DNA of 64,000 bases from Macrostomum lignano (Eukaryota): contig NIVC01000326.1 in NCBI GenBank assembly GCA_002269645.1, positions 496,001 to 560,000 of the forward strand. Direction: 5' to 3'. A program made the position numbers and the translations under genes. Under the pieces are notes generated by a model. The model had not been told where the DNA came from and did no database searches. It saw only the letters and a list, made by a program, of their open reading frames with translations. Below, piece after piece: positions 11,760-23,500 of this stretch (the first letter of the stretch is position 1; each line of letters starts with the position of its first letter).

Positions 11760-13378
11760 GAGCAATGGACCAAGCCGTCCATTGGAGTCGTCCAGCAGCC
11801 CGCCAATGTCCAGCATCCCGCCAACGTCCAGCAGCCCGCCAACGTCCAGCAGCCCGCCAACGTCCAGCAGCCCGCCAACGTCCAGCAGCCCGCCAATGTC
11901 CAGCATCCCGCCAATGTCCAGCAGCCCGCCAACGTCCAGCAGCCCGCCAACGTCCAGCAGACCGCCAACGTCCAGCAGCCCGCCAACGTCCAGCAGCCCG
12001 CCAATGTCCAGCATCCCGCCAACGTCCAGCAGCCCGCCAACGTCCAGCAGCCCGCCAATGTCCAGCAGCGCGCCAACGTCCAGCAGCCCGCCAACGTCCA
12101 GCAGCCCGCCAACGTCCAGCAGCCCGCCAACGTCCAGCAGCCCGCCAACGTCCAGCAGCCCGCCAACGTCCAGCAGCCCGCCAACGTCCAGCAGCCCGCC
12201 AATGTCCAGCATCCCGCCAACGTCCAGCAGCCCCCCAACGTCCAGCAGCCCGCCAACGTCCAGCAGCCCGCCAACGTCCAGCAGCCCGCCAACGTCCAGC
12301 AGCCCGCCAACGTCCAGCAGCCCGCCAACGTCCAGCAGCCCGCCAACGTCCATCAGCCCGCCAACGTCCAGCAGCGCGCCAACGTCCAGCAGCCCGCCAA
12401 CGTCCAGCAGCCCGCCAACGTCCAGCAGCCCGCCAACGTCCAGCAGCCCGCCAACGTCCAGCAGCCCGCCAACGTCCAGCAGCCCGCCAACGTCCAGCAG
12501 CCCGCCAATGTCCAGCATCCCGCCAACGTCCAGCAGCCCGCCAACGTCCAGCAGCCCGCCAACGTCCAGCAGCCCGCCAACGTCCAGCAGCCCGCCAACG
12601 TCCAGCAGCCCGCCAACGTCCATCAGCCCGCCAACGTCCAGCATCCCGCCAACGTCCAGCAGCCCGCCAACGTCCAGCAGCGCGCCAACGTCCAGCAGCC
12701 CGCCAACGTCCAGCAGCCCGCCAACGTCCAGCAGCCCGCCAACGTCCAGCAGTTGAAGAAAATGCGGGCCGGGCAAGAGTACATCTGCCCGTTTGGCAAC
12801 TGCTTGCCCATCAGAATGTCTCGGTTTAGCGAGCATTTTAAAGGGGCTCATTCGCCTGTGCTGGAAAGCGCAAAGGAAAAGCTGGCAGCAGCTGCACAGC
12901 TACCGGCAGATGCCTTGCAAAGAAAAGCTGCACGCGCACTGCTGGCCCGATGCCGGAGACGGCGCGACAATGTGAAGTCTGCGGAGAGTGGAGAAGCACC
13001 CTGACGCAGTCCGAGCCGAAAAGTAACAAAAACTGGTCGACGCCACGGCCACAGTGCCGGCCAGAGCAGCGGTGGTCGAGCACTCTTCGGCCACAATTGA
13101 TGTAGAAGCACTTTGTGGCTTCCTGGCCAGCTCTCTCGGCGGACGGAAGGAGCCGCGGCTACGGTCCGAGAGATCCGCTGCTATTTGAAACGGCTGATGC
13201 AGCGTCTCAACATCCGAGTTTCACACAGCTGATCAGCGAGGATCTGCGCGACAAAATCAGCGCGTACTTGGATAAGTAATTTGTCCTGGTCAATGCTGAA
13301 GCAAGCGAGCGAGCAAATTAAAGCTGTCTTTGAGATGAAGGATGCTGTGCTGGCAGAAGCGCAGTCATCCAAGGACAG
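11760..13378 (+). pseudogene. Possible frameshifted coding exon: (QQPANV)n + C2H2-like fingers + helical region, ending at a splice donor
   Basis: The QQPANV frame runs without a stop into YICPFGNCLPIRMSRFSEHFKGAH. Successive -1 shifts give RQCEVCGEWRSTLTQ, ALCGFLASSLGGRKEP and AVFEMKDAVLAEAQSSKD, then AG|GTGAGA at 13378/13379. Confidence 0.4.
11790..12752 (+). repeat. 18-bp minisatellite, ~53 copies, open in all three + frames
   Basis: Unit GTCCAGCAGCCCGCCAAC; frames read QQPANV, RPAARQ and TSSSPP. Confidence 0.96.
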
Positions 13379-13470
13379 GTGAGATTGATTTTTTTCCAAT
13401 GCTTTTTATGTTGAGGTATAAAACTAGAGAATTTTCTGCAATGTTGAGTTCATTGGGGCTAATAGACTTA

Positions 13471-14590
13471 AAAAGGGCACTGGCGTTCAAAATGGCACTG
13501 GGATTATTATGGCACTGGGATTCAAAATGGCACTGATATTATTATGGCACTGGGATTCAAAATGGCACTGGGTTTATTATGGCACTGGGATTCAAAATGG
13601 CACTGGGATTATTATGGCACTGGGATTCAAAATGGCACTGGGATTATTATGGCACTGGGATTCAAAATGGCACTGGGATTATTATGGCACTGGGATTCAA
13701 AATGGCACTGAGATTCAAAATGGCACTGAGATTCAAAATGGCACTGAGATTCAAAATGGCACTGAGATTATTATGGCACTGGGATTCAAAATGGCACTGG
13801 GATTCAAAATGGCACTGGGATTCAAAATGGCACTGAGATTAAAAAGGGCACTGGGATTCAGAATGGCACTGAGATTATTATGGCACTGGGATTCAAAATG
13901 GCACTGAGATTATTATGGCAGCTGGGATTCAAAATGGCACTGAGATTATTATGGCAGCTGGGATTCAAAATGGCACTGAGATTAAAAAGGGCACTGGGAT
14001 TCAAAATGGCACTGGGATTCAAAATGGCACTGGGATTCAAAATGGCACTGAGAATATTATGGCACTGGGATTCAAAATGGCACTGGGATTCAAAATGGCA
14101 CTGAGAATATTATGGCACTGGGATTCAAAATGGCACTGGGATCATTATGGCAGCTGGGATTCAAAATGGCACTGAGATTATTATGGCACTGGGATTCAAA
14201 CTGGCACTGAGATTATTATGGCACTGGGATTCAAAATGGCACTGAGATTATTATGGCACTGGGATTCAAACTGGCACTGAGATTATTATGGCACTGGGAT
14301 TCAAACTGGCACTGAGATTATTATGACACTGGGATTCAAAATGGCACTGAGATTATTATGGCACTGGGATTCAAACTGGCACTGAGATTATTATGGCACT
14401 GGGATTCAAAATGGCACTGAGATTATTATGGCACTGGGATTCAAACTGGCACTGAGATTATTATGGCACTGGGATTCAAAATGGCACTGAGATTATTATG
14501 GCACTGGGATTCAAAATGGCACTGAGATTATTATGGCAGCTGGGATTCAAAATGGCACTGAGATTATTATGGCACTGGGATTCAAAATGG
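13471..14590. repeat. Modular 17/18-bp minisatellite
   Basis: Interspersed units GGCACTGGGATTCAAAAT and GGCACTG(G/A)GATTATTAT. Confidence 0.95.
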
Positions 14591-15466
14591 TATTGCAAAT
14601 TTTATTAGCTCAGAAGCTACAGAATTCTTGAGACAGCTCAGAAAGTTACCTCTAAACACGAGTAAATATGCCTGTGGCGGCCAGTATGTATGCGACCGCA
14701 AGCACCAGTGCAGCCGCACTGGAAACCCCCAACCTCTGTCTAGCTGAGGTGGGTGGCTGCGTCAAGCTAGCCGGCTCGCTAAGCCGGGGGTGTTGGCGTA
14801 GCCTATCACGCCACGCCACCTTTTCGCCAACCTGTATATGCAGTTTACACGTACAACTGTATTACAACTTAGGAAACGTCAAAATTCCTACGCTCGTAAT
14901 ACCGAATTCCTATTGTTAGCAAATTAAGAGCGTATCACTCCTGTCGAATTCCGAATCGAGTGGCAAATGCAGAAGTACATGCAGAAATGCAGAAGTACAC
15001 AGTACATGTATGATGCACTTCCCGACAACGAATGACGCAGACAGACTGCCCGCTACTCTCAGCATCTCTAACTAGCGCTGCCAATATATAGAATCAAATG
15101 GAGTGCTTTGAAATGATACATTAGTCATATGAATTTTCTTTTAGTTTTTTTAGCTAGTTTGCGTCTTATTGTTTGGTAGACGTTTTAATCTTTAACAATT
15201 TCTGGGAATTTTATTTTACTTTTTTCGTTTGGATGTGTAAAAAGATAAATTAACATTTCTACTTGCAGTAGGCTAGAAAGAATTTTTACTGCGTCATAGT
15301 TGCGCGTATCTGTTTTGGATATATTTTTTGAGGTGTCATAATTGCAATTTCCTTCCTCGGTTATCTCCTTCAATTGGAGCGTCATTTCTCTGGTTAGCGT
15401 CATTTCTCTGGTTAGCGTCATTTGCCCCTACAACAGGGTCGGCAAACTCCGCCCGCGGGCCATCCA

Positions 15467-16194
15467 GCAGGTCTACTTTTTCCTTTAGCTGCTTCTTCGA
15501 CTGGTTATGAGCCATGGTGTTGCTGAATTGCTGGTTGCTGATTTCTGCTGACCCGGGAATGGTCTCGGGTTTGTATGTATAGCCAGCCAGGTGCAGGCAG
15601 AGGTGCATCCGCGGTTAGCCCACGAAAACAGAAGTTGGGCGCCAGAAACTGGCGGCAATGTACGCGCTGCGGCACCTCCATGGGATTCCCAGTTCTAGAT
15701 AATAATAGACCAGCCAAGTGTCACAGTTTGGTACCCGGTTGAAAGTACTTTATTAATAATGCTCTAAAAATAGACGCAGACTTATCCACTCCGTTTTCAT
15801 GGAAAATCCCTAGAGTAATTAGTAACTGAATTTATTAGTAATTTAAAAAATCTGTTAAAGTACGAGCGTACTATCCAGTTAACATTACTAAAGCAAATTT
15901 ACCTTGAAAATGGGGCTGTATATTGATTTATTTATAGAGCACAAACTTAACAGAAGAAAAGAAAAGGCAGGCACTCTTTGATAAAATTTAAGTTCTTCCT
16001 ACCTAACGAGACATGGCTGTCTGCTGAAAGATACCCAGGATAAACAAACTGGCGTTTCAAGCCAAAATAGAAGAAAATGTCAAAATATTTTCATTGAAAG
16101 CAAAAGTATCAGAAAAAAGGTGATTAAAAATTCATAAAATTAGTAAGAAAAATCTGGATATTGCTGCTGGTTGAGCTCAGAAACAGCTGCTCTA
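15467..16194. repeat. ~728-bp near-identical duplicate of 17398-18126 (5' end and upstream region of the MATH-only gene)
   Basis: Identical text from AGGTCTACTTTTT to AAACAGCTGCTCTA, with only about two differences seen. Confidence 0.93.
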
Positions 16195-16215
16195 ATAGCG
16201 TCATTGCCCCTACAA

Positions 16216-16450
16216 TAGGGTCGCCAAACTCCGGCCCACGGGCCATCCAGCCCTCGGGTCCTTTGAAACTTCACAATAGCAATCCGACACCCTCATGGTT
16301 TGTGTCTATTCTCAGTTCTCCTCTCTCCCCTCTCCTCTCTTTTCTCTCCTCTCGCCTCTCCTCTCCTCTCCTCCCTTTTTCTCCTCTCATCTCTCTTCTG
16401 TCATCTTTCTCCTCTCCTCTTATCTCTCTTTTCCCAACTCCCTCCTCCCA
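16216..16450. mobile_element. Truncated hAT-MITE left arm (related to 9056; a shorter stub lies at ~15433-15466)
   Basis: AGGGTCGCCAAACTCCGGCCC...GGTCCTTTGAAACT...CACAATAGCAATCCG followed by a CT-rich tract, as at 9056-9300. No right TIR found. Confidence 0.7.
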
Positions 16451-16849
16451 TTTTCATATTTTCTCACAATTATTTAAAAATTAAAACAAAGACTCGAGAA
16501 CAAAAAAGTGACAGGTAAATTGAGTAACTTTGAGGTCTCAACTCGAAACGAGATTCGGAATAATCCGAGCAGCAGCAATTCAAATACAAAATATTTCAGA
16601 ATAAGTAAAGCATGAAAATGAAATTGAATAAACAGCTGCTTCTACTGCTAGAGTGCGCACAAAAGCCGCACACAGAGTTCTGGGCCATAAAAATCCTTCT
16701 GCCAGCATTCTACTGAAGGTTGTTGCTTTCAATTTTTATACGCGCCCCAAACCTCTGCATTTCATGCGCATGGCGAGTTAGTCTCATAAAACTACAGTGC
16801 AGCTGTGGTCACTGTCAGGTCAGCACGAGTTTTAACAAAACTGCACCGC

Positions 16850-17446
16850 TCACTGCATCGCCTTCGTGTGCACGTGCAGGTAGGCGGCCTCCCCGACGGT
16901 TGCGGCGTCCAGCCAGTCCTCCGGCAGCTGCAGCTCGCAGCAGCGCCGCCTCTCATCGCCGTCGGACTCACTCGGCCGGTCGACATCGGGTCGAAAATTC
17001 ACGACGCCGAAGGCGCGCCCGTTAGGTTGGAATTTGCCACCGACAAACTCGGCCGACACTTGCCGGACAATCGGCCACGTCAGCAGGTCGTCCAGCTGTC
17101 CGGGAACAGTCAGCACTGCAGCTGCGGCCGCGCCCTGCTCGATCTTCAGCTTCAGGATGAAGCTGTACGGGTTGCCAGCCTCAATTGGGCTGTAAAAGTG
17201 GTTCGACAGCTGCGCGACTGTCTGTTGGTAGCTCAGCTGCCGCCACTGATCGGGCTGGAAGATTTTCAGGCAGGTGTCTCCAGTGTCGCAGGGGGCCTCC
17301 AGCACCTTCTGGAGCGCGTGGTGCGCCGTCTCCGCGGTCTTCTGGTGCTCGATCTGGAGCGCGGGATTGTTGGTGGCCATCAGAGCGGCCCGCAGATGCA
17401 GGTCTACTTTTTCTTTTAGCTGCTTCTTCGACTGGTTATGAGCCAT
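16850..17446 (-). CDS. Divergent MATH/TRAF-domain-only protein (intronless)
   Basis: Likely start MAHNQS (ATG 17446). LSNHFYSP...YSFILKLKI...GQLDDLLTWP...AAYLHVH match the TRAF-C 'SxxFY / GYKFxLRL / GExDxLLxWP' pattern. Confidence 0.72.
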   Translation of the reverse strand: MAHNQSKKQLKEKVDLHLRAALMATNNPALQIEHQKTAETAHHALQKVLEAPCDTGDTCLKIFQPDQWRQLSYQQTVAQLSNHFYSPIEAGNPYSFILKLKIEQGAAAAAVLTVPGQLDDLLTWPIVRQVSAEFVGGKFQPNGRAFGVVNFRPDVDRPSESDGDERRRCCELQLPEDWLDAATVGEAAYLHVHTKAMQ

Positions 17447-18205
17447 GGTGTTGCTGAATTGCTGGTTGCTGATTTCTGCTGACCCGGGAATGGTCTCGGG
17501 TTTGTATGTATAGCCAGCCAGGTGCAGGCAGAGGTGCATCCGCGGTTAGCCCACGAAAACAGAAGTTGGGCGCCAGAAACTGGCGGCAATGTACGCGCTG
17601 CGGCACCTCCATGGGATTCCCAGTTCTAGATAATAATAGACCAGCCAAGTGTCACAGTTTGGTACCCGGTTGAAAGTACTTTATTAATAATGCTCTAAAA
17701 ATAGACGCAGACTTATCCACTCCGTTTTCATGGAAAATCCCTAGAGTAATTAGTAACTGAATTTATTAGTAATTTAAAAAATCTGTTAAAGTACGAGCGT
17801 ACTATCCAGTTAACATTACTAAAGCAAATTTACCTTGAAAATGGGGCTGTATATTGATTTATTTATAGAGCACAAACTTAACAGAAGAAAAGAAAAGGCA
17901 GGCACTCTTTGATAAAATTTAAGTTCTTCCTACCTAACGAGACATGGCTGTCTGCTGAAAGATACCCAGGATAAACAAACTGGCGTTTCAAGCCAAAATA
18001 GAAGAAAATGTCAAAATATTTTCATTGAAAGCAAAAGTATCAGAAAAAAAGGTGATTAAAAATTCATAAAATTAGTAAGAAAAATCTGGATATTGCTGCT
18101 GGTTGAGCTCAGAAACAGCTGCTCTACACATAAAAACCAAAGCTGTTCAAAGCATTTCACTGATGCCTTTCTCAACGGGAATGGGTTTACAATCTTAGGA
18201 GCACC

Positions 18206-18841
18206 TCAGAATGATGCAGTCAGGTGGGCGGTCAGGTAGGCCGCATTGTTAACTGTGGCCTCCCTGAGCCAGTTCTCAGGTAGCTGCATCTGGCAGCAGA
18301 GTGGCTCCTCTTCATCGGCAGCTGCTCCAGTAGTCAAAGTCGGACGGTGGACATTGCGGAGAAACGGCGCTCTACCGAAGCTGCATCTCTCCGAGCCGAA
18401 CTCGGCCGAAACTGGTCCGGCCATCGGCCACGTCAGCAGGTCATCGAACTCACCGACAGCTGCCAGCACGGCAGCCGTGGCCGAGCCATCCTCGAGCTGC
18501 AGCCTCAGTTGAAACTTGTACCCATAGCGGGGTTCATTGGGGCTGTCAAAATAGAAATGGTTGGAGAGCAGCTGGATGCGATGCCTTGAGCTCAGCCTGG
18601 CCCAACGCTCAGGCTCAACGATTTTGAGCACAGTCATCCCAGTGTCGCAAGGTTCGCAGAGCAAAAGCTGGAGACGGTTGCTCTCACGTATTGCCTCTTG
18701 CAGCATGGCATCGTCCGTTGAAGTCTCCTGAGCAGTCAGGGCTTGCAAAATCGACTGCTTGCACTGATCGATGGCTGCCACATCCTGCTGAGCATCCGGT
18801 CCGTGCGACATTGATGGCGGCAAACCAGTGAAGAGCTTCAA
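18206..18841 (-). CDS. Divergent MATH/TRAF-domain-only protein, tandem paralog of 16850-17446
   Basis: PCDTG..LKI, LLSNHFYF, YGYKFQLRLQL, GEFDDLLTWP and CCQMQLPENWL are shared with the neighbour. Confidence 0.75.
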   Translation of the reverse strand: MKLFTGLPPSMSHGPDAQQDVAAIDQCKQSILQALTAQETSTDDAMLQEAIRESNRLQLLLCEPCDTGMTVLKIVEPERWARLSSRHRIQLLSNHFYFDSPNEPRYGYKFQLRLQLEDGSATAAVLAAVGEFDDLLTWPMAGPVSAEFGSERCSFGRAPFLRNVHRPTLTTGAAADEEEPLCCQMQLPENWLREATVNNAAYLTAHLTASF

Positions 18842-19249
18842 TATGTCTCAGTTTAGTAGCTAATGGAGACATTTTTCGGCAAGGTAAAAGTTCCCTTTGT
18901 TTTGTAGTCAAGACAATGGCGGTGCCATGGGCAAGGCCTCGATTGTAAAAAAAGCCATGGAATTCCCTCGCCATTTGCAGCAAGTGTACTCCAGCTCTAG
19001 TATAGCGTAGCCGTTCACAGCTAAACTGCCTGGGGCAGGGAGCAGGCGGGGATAAAAATAGAACAGCTGTGCAGCAATGACGACAAAACTTCCTAGTACA
19101 GTACCTGATATTTAACTGCAGGGGTTTCACGGGGGATTCCCGCGAGTCTCGCCATAACGCCTCCGCTTTCTCTATAAGAATAAGCATGCAGCTAAGCATT
19201 ACAGAAAGGCGAAACTTTAGTCCCAGCTTTCCAAGGATCTCAGCGAGCG

Positions 19250-20132
19250 ATGGAGCACACGCAAGAAGCTGCAGGCACTGCTCCGATGACCCTGGCCAAT
19301 CAAGTCAACGCCGTGAAAGAGCAAATTGAGCAGCTGCTGAGCAGTGTGATGGACTACCGATCGCAAGAGGGTGTCTGGCCAGGAGACCTCCAGCCCGAAC
19401 GCTTCGACGCCTGCTGCCGCCTGCTCGAACTTCTGGCCTCGCCGAGCTGCATTGAAGGGCGATTCGTGTGGAAAATCAACTACCCCCACCCGAGACTGCG
19501 CCTGCAGAGCGGAGCCAGTGCCCGGCAGAGTTCGCTGGCTTCGCCGGACTTCAAGTGGCCGGACGCTAGGTCTCGACTTCGTCTGCAGCTGCGAGCGGCC
19601 CCGGCGACAGAGGCTGGTGGTGAAGATGAAGCTGCCTTGGAAGTTGAGCTGCTTCTGTTGCAGGTAAGCCGAGCCGATTAACCCAACTCGCGAGCAGGGA
19701 CAAAAGTTACGAGTTCTTGTACATGCAGATAGCGTCCTGCTGTAGTTCAGCTTAAGCGCCTTAAAACTAAAATAATGCGATTGCATGCGAGATGCTTTTG
19801 CATCCTCTGGAACCACAAGCAAACCATAGTGTACCGTGGTGCAGCCATGAAGCATTCATTCACCGATTACGCAGAGCACCGTCCAGAGGCCCCTAAGAGC
19901 CCGCCTGCAAGCCCGCCTGATTGATCTGCGAGATCCATCCTGTGGAGGCCTGACCGGCCAATCGGAGACGTTCATCATCGACCAAAGCTCGTCGGAGCGA
20001 ACCTGCTGCGTCCTGCGCGACTGGCCAGCGAAGCTGCGGCATCTTCGCGACCAGCTGGATGATGAGGGAAGCTGGCAGTTTGTGAAGAGCAGCTGCGCCT
20101 ACTTAGAGGCCATTGTCACTGAGGTCCTGTAA
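19250..20132 (+). CDS. MATH/TRAF-domain-only protein, two exons (19250-19663, 19887-20132)
   Basis: EGRFVWKI and SLASPDF; donor CAG|GTAAGC at 19663/19664; acceptor GTCCAG| at 19886; exon 2 ends WQFVKSSCAYLEAIVTEVL*. Confidence 0.75.
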
Positions 20133-20552
20133 CCAAAACCGTTTAAATCCAGTAATTACTGCTGGCTTTTGGTTCCTGGTGTGCCTTAACACAAAACTGC
20201 TTTTTGTTATTCCGCTTAATTACCGCTGCAACTTGCGCGGCGTCATTAGCTAAACTGCCTTAAAACATATCTATTAAGTCTCTTACACCAGCTGACTCAA
20301 ATAATAATTTTTGAGTTCACGTTTATTTTGAGGCAAAATCTAAATCATTTTTAAGAAAAAGAAAAGCTTAAATTTAAATACACCGTTAGAAGGAATTTTT
20401 TTAATTAACTGTCCAAGTTTGTGACGAATACATTATGCATGAATTCATTAAAAAGTTAATTACAATTACAAACGTCATGCCTTCAATTCAACAATTAAAA
20501 TCAATGCAAATCCCATTATCAAAGAGCTGCATCATGCAGAAGTCTATCATCA

Positions 20553-23500
20553 TCACCTGCGACGGGACCGCCGACATGCCTCTTTGGTCCGCGGCTCCAC
20601 CTCTACGTCCAAGTAGACGCAGTCGTTTCTCACAAAATTCTCCATCAAAGTGTCCATTTTAACAAAGTGCATGACGGTCGCATTCCTTGCCAGATCGGGC
20701 GCAGCCGCAGGGCGCTCGGCAGTCAGGTCTGTCTCAGCCACAGCATCCCCCAAGCGGGACTGTCGATGAAACAGACGGAAAGTGACTTTGGCAACAAGCG
20801 GCCATTCAAGCGTGTCGTCGTATTCGCCTCGGTTGAGCACCAACTGGGCCGTCACGTGACCCTCGCCTGGCTCGGCCTGCCCGTTTAGAAGCAGCCGAGC
20901 GCAGAAAAAGTAGCCGCAGTGCTTGGACATGAACGGCGGCGAGAACAAGCAGGCGGACGCGTCTTTCTTCAGCTTCTCAAGTCTAGCGGCCACGTCGTCA
21001 ATCTTCCACGTGATGCAACCGTCCAAGGAGGTCTGATGCTGCGCATTAAAAGGCCACACAGACCTATCCTTAGTGCAGTCACCGGATTCTTGAAGAGCTA
21101 CCGTCTGCATCAGCTTCATCAGACGCCAAACTTCAGCAGGCGTAGTTGAAACTGCGGTCGCTAGGACCCCGGAACATCGCTCAGCAGCCTCCATCTGTCT
21201 CAACTTGTCGTCCATATTTGTCAGCATTGTTTTGAATCCTTGAAGACCTCCGAAAGATTTGATGAAGTCTTCCAGACTCATTGTAGACAGTGCCCAAGTC
21301 GCTATGTTTGGCTGCAGCCCTTTGAACTTGCTGAAAATATTCATGGCTCTGCGCTCCAAATCCTTCATCTCCTTGGATACGGCCTCTCCTTACACGGTGA
21401 CCGCGGACGCTCCATCACCTGCGGCACCTGCACCAGCTGCACCAGCTGCAGCCGCACCTGGAAAGCCACTGGCAGGGCTGTGCTGAGCTGATGCGCTGGA
21501 GACCTGCAGTTTGGCGTCGATGAGCTGAAGGTGCCTGTCGGCTGCTTCGCTGCAGTGAGCCGCCATCTCTGTGGCCGGAGCGACAAAGTCGCAGCCAAGA
21601 TGAGCAAATCTGCACGGCGTCGGCTTCTGAGGGCACTGGGACAGGTGGCTGAGAAATGTTTGCCGTTTGAAATTTCCCTCACGGCAGTGCGGACACGGAG
21701 CTCTGAACTCCCGACAGCAGGACGCCGATTGCAGGTTCTTGTGCTCGGAGTCCATCGCGCCAGCAACTACCTGTGGGTTATCAATAATTAAATTTAAGTT
21801 TCATTGATTGGGCTTTACGAAGTTATTTTTGCGATGCCTGCGATACATGTAAAAATTTAAGGAAGCAAAGGTATATTTCACTATACTGTCTACTGCAGAA
21901 GTAGTATAAAGTGTTATTAATGAAAGATTTCTCTATAATTCCAGTACGCAAGTCCAGTAATTTAGAGTTTGACAATCTCATGCCCCAAGGCCAAAGCTTC
22001 ATGCACCCAGGGGACTCGTGCTTGTGTAAACGTGGGTGCACTTGACTTACTTGACTTAGCTGCAGGGCTGTCCCGAAGGGGACACAGCGGGAAGGCGCGG
22101 GCGCCCATTCCGCTAGTCCCTGAACGGCCGACGCGTCGCTATGGACGGAGGGTTGGCGCCGCCCAGGGAGGTCCCCCAGTGTCGCCAGCAGCTATGGTGC
22201 TCTCTGGAAAGGAGAGTTCAGCCCTGCGGGTGGCCCGAAGGTAGCGCATGAGCTGATTAAAGTTTTCGGGTTTGCACGCTTCAGTAATAGATGTGTGTGG
22301 CCCGAGGTAAGTGAGTCTGGCCCGCGTGAAGGCGGGACAGATGCTGACGAAATGCTCAGCGGTTTCGTCACCTGAGTTGCAGAAGCTACAGGTGGCGTTG
22401 GTGGCGTTGCCCTGCAGGTACTGGTGCCTGGAGAAGCAGCCGTGACCAGAGAGGGTCATGGTGGCAGCCCGGATGTCTCTGCGCGAGAGGCGCAAGAGGA
22501 GCTTCCGGAGCTGGTGAGAGGGCTGAGGGACAGCGCCTCTGGATTGCCTGCAGTTCGTGCGGTTCGCCCAAGTCGAGCGGTGCTGAGTCCTGATCCACGC
22601 TTTGATGCGCGAGTCGATGACACAGCCAGGAATCGGGACAAGAGGTTCGGGGCCGAGAGAGGAGCCGGAGGCACCAACTTTTGCAAGGGTGTCAGCCAAC
22701 TCATTTCCTCGGATCCCCACATGCCCCGGAACCCACTTAAGGGTAATTTTGTTGGCGGAACCCAACATGTTGAGGAGTTTGATACAGTCGAGGACTGTAG
22801 CAGAGTTGGTGCTGCAGCCACTGATGGCGTGCAAGGCAGCTTGGCTGTCCGAATGGAAAATGATGTTCTTACCAGTAACGCCAGTGGCGAGAAGCTCTGC
22901 AGTGCAGGAGCTGATGGCCAGAACTTCATTTTGGAAAACACTGGAGTTGACCCCAGTGTATTGAGCGTGGGTAGCGATGACCCTCCCGTTCAGAAAGATT
23001 CCAACACCAAAGCCGGTGTTGGCTGACTGCTTAGAACCATCGGTGTAGCAATGAAGCTCACCAGGGTTCCATTGGTCATTGATGTTATCGCGCGAGTCGA
23101 TAGCTACGGAGTAGCGCTGTCTCAGGTTGAGCGTTGAGGCAATGCCATCGGTGAAGACGCGATTGGCCTGACACTCGTTGAGAAAGTTGAGGCACAGATC
23201 GCTATGCGGGACAAGGTTCCGCTTAGCAGGTGCTCTCATGTAAATGAATTTGACGCCGGCATCAATTAGACGCCGCGTCGTTCTAGCCGCCTCACCCCTG
23301 ATGAAGAGGTCAAGAGGCGGAAGATTAAGGAAGGCCCCCATGCCAGCAAAGGGCGTGGACCTGGTGGCGTTGCAGATGAGCCTACACGCTCTGCCTTGGA
23401 TCGTGTTGAGCAGGTCTGCATGGCTTTTGACCTGGGTAGCGCTAACCCAGACAACAGAGGCGTACGTAATGGCAGGTCTAACTACGGAAGTATAGATCCA

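Noticed and set aside
11720-12851. Long ORFs LLDVGG, AGCWTL, RPAARQ and TSSSPP
   Set aside because: By-products of a stop-free 18-bp repeat; only the QQPANV frame continues into protein-like sequence.
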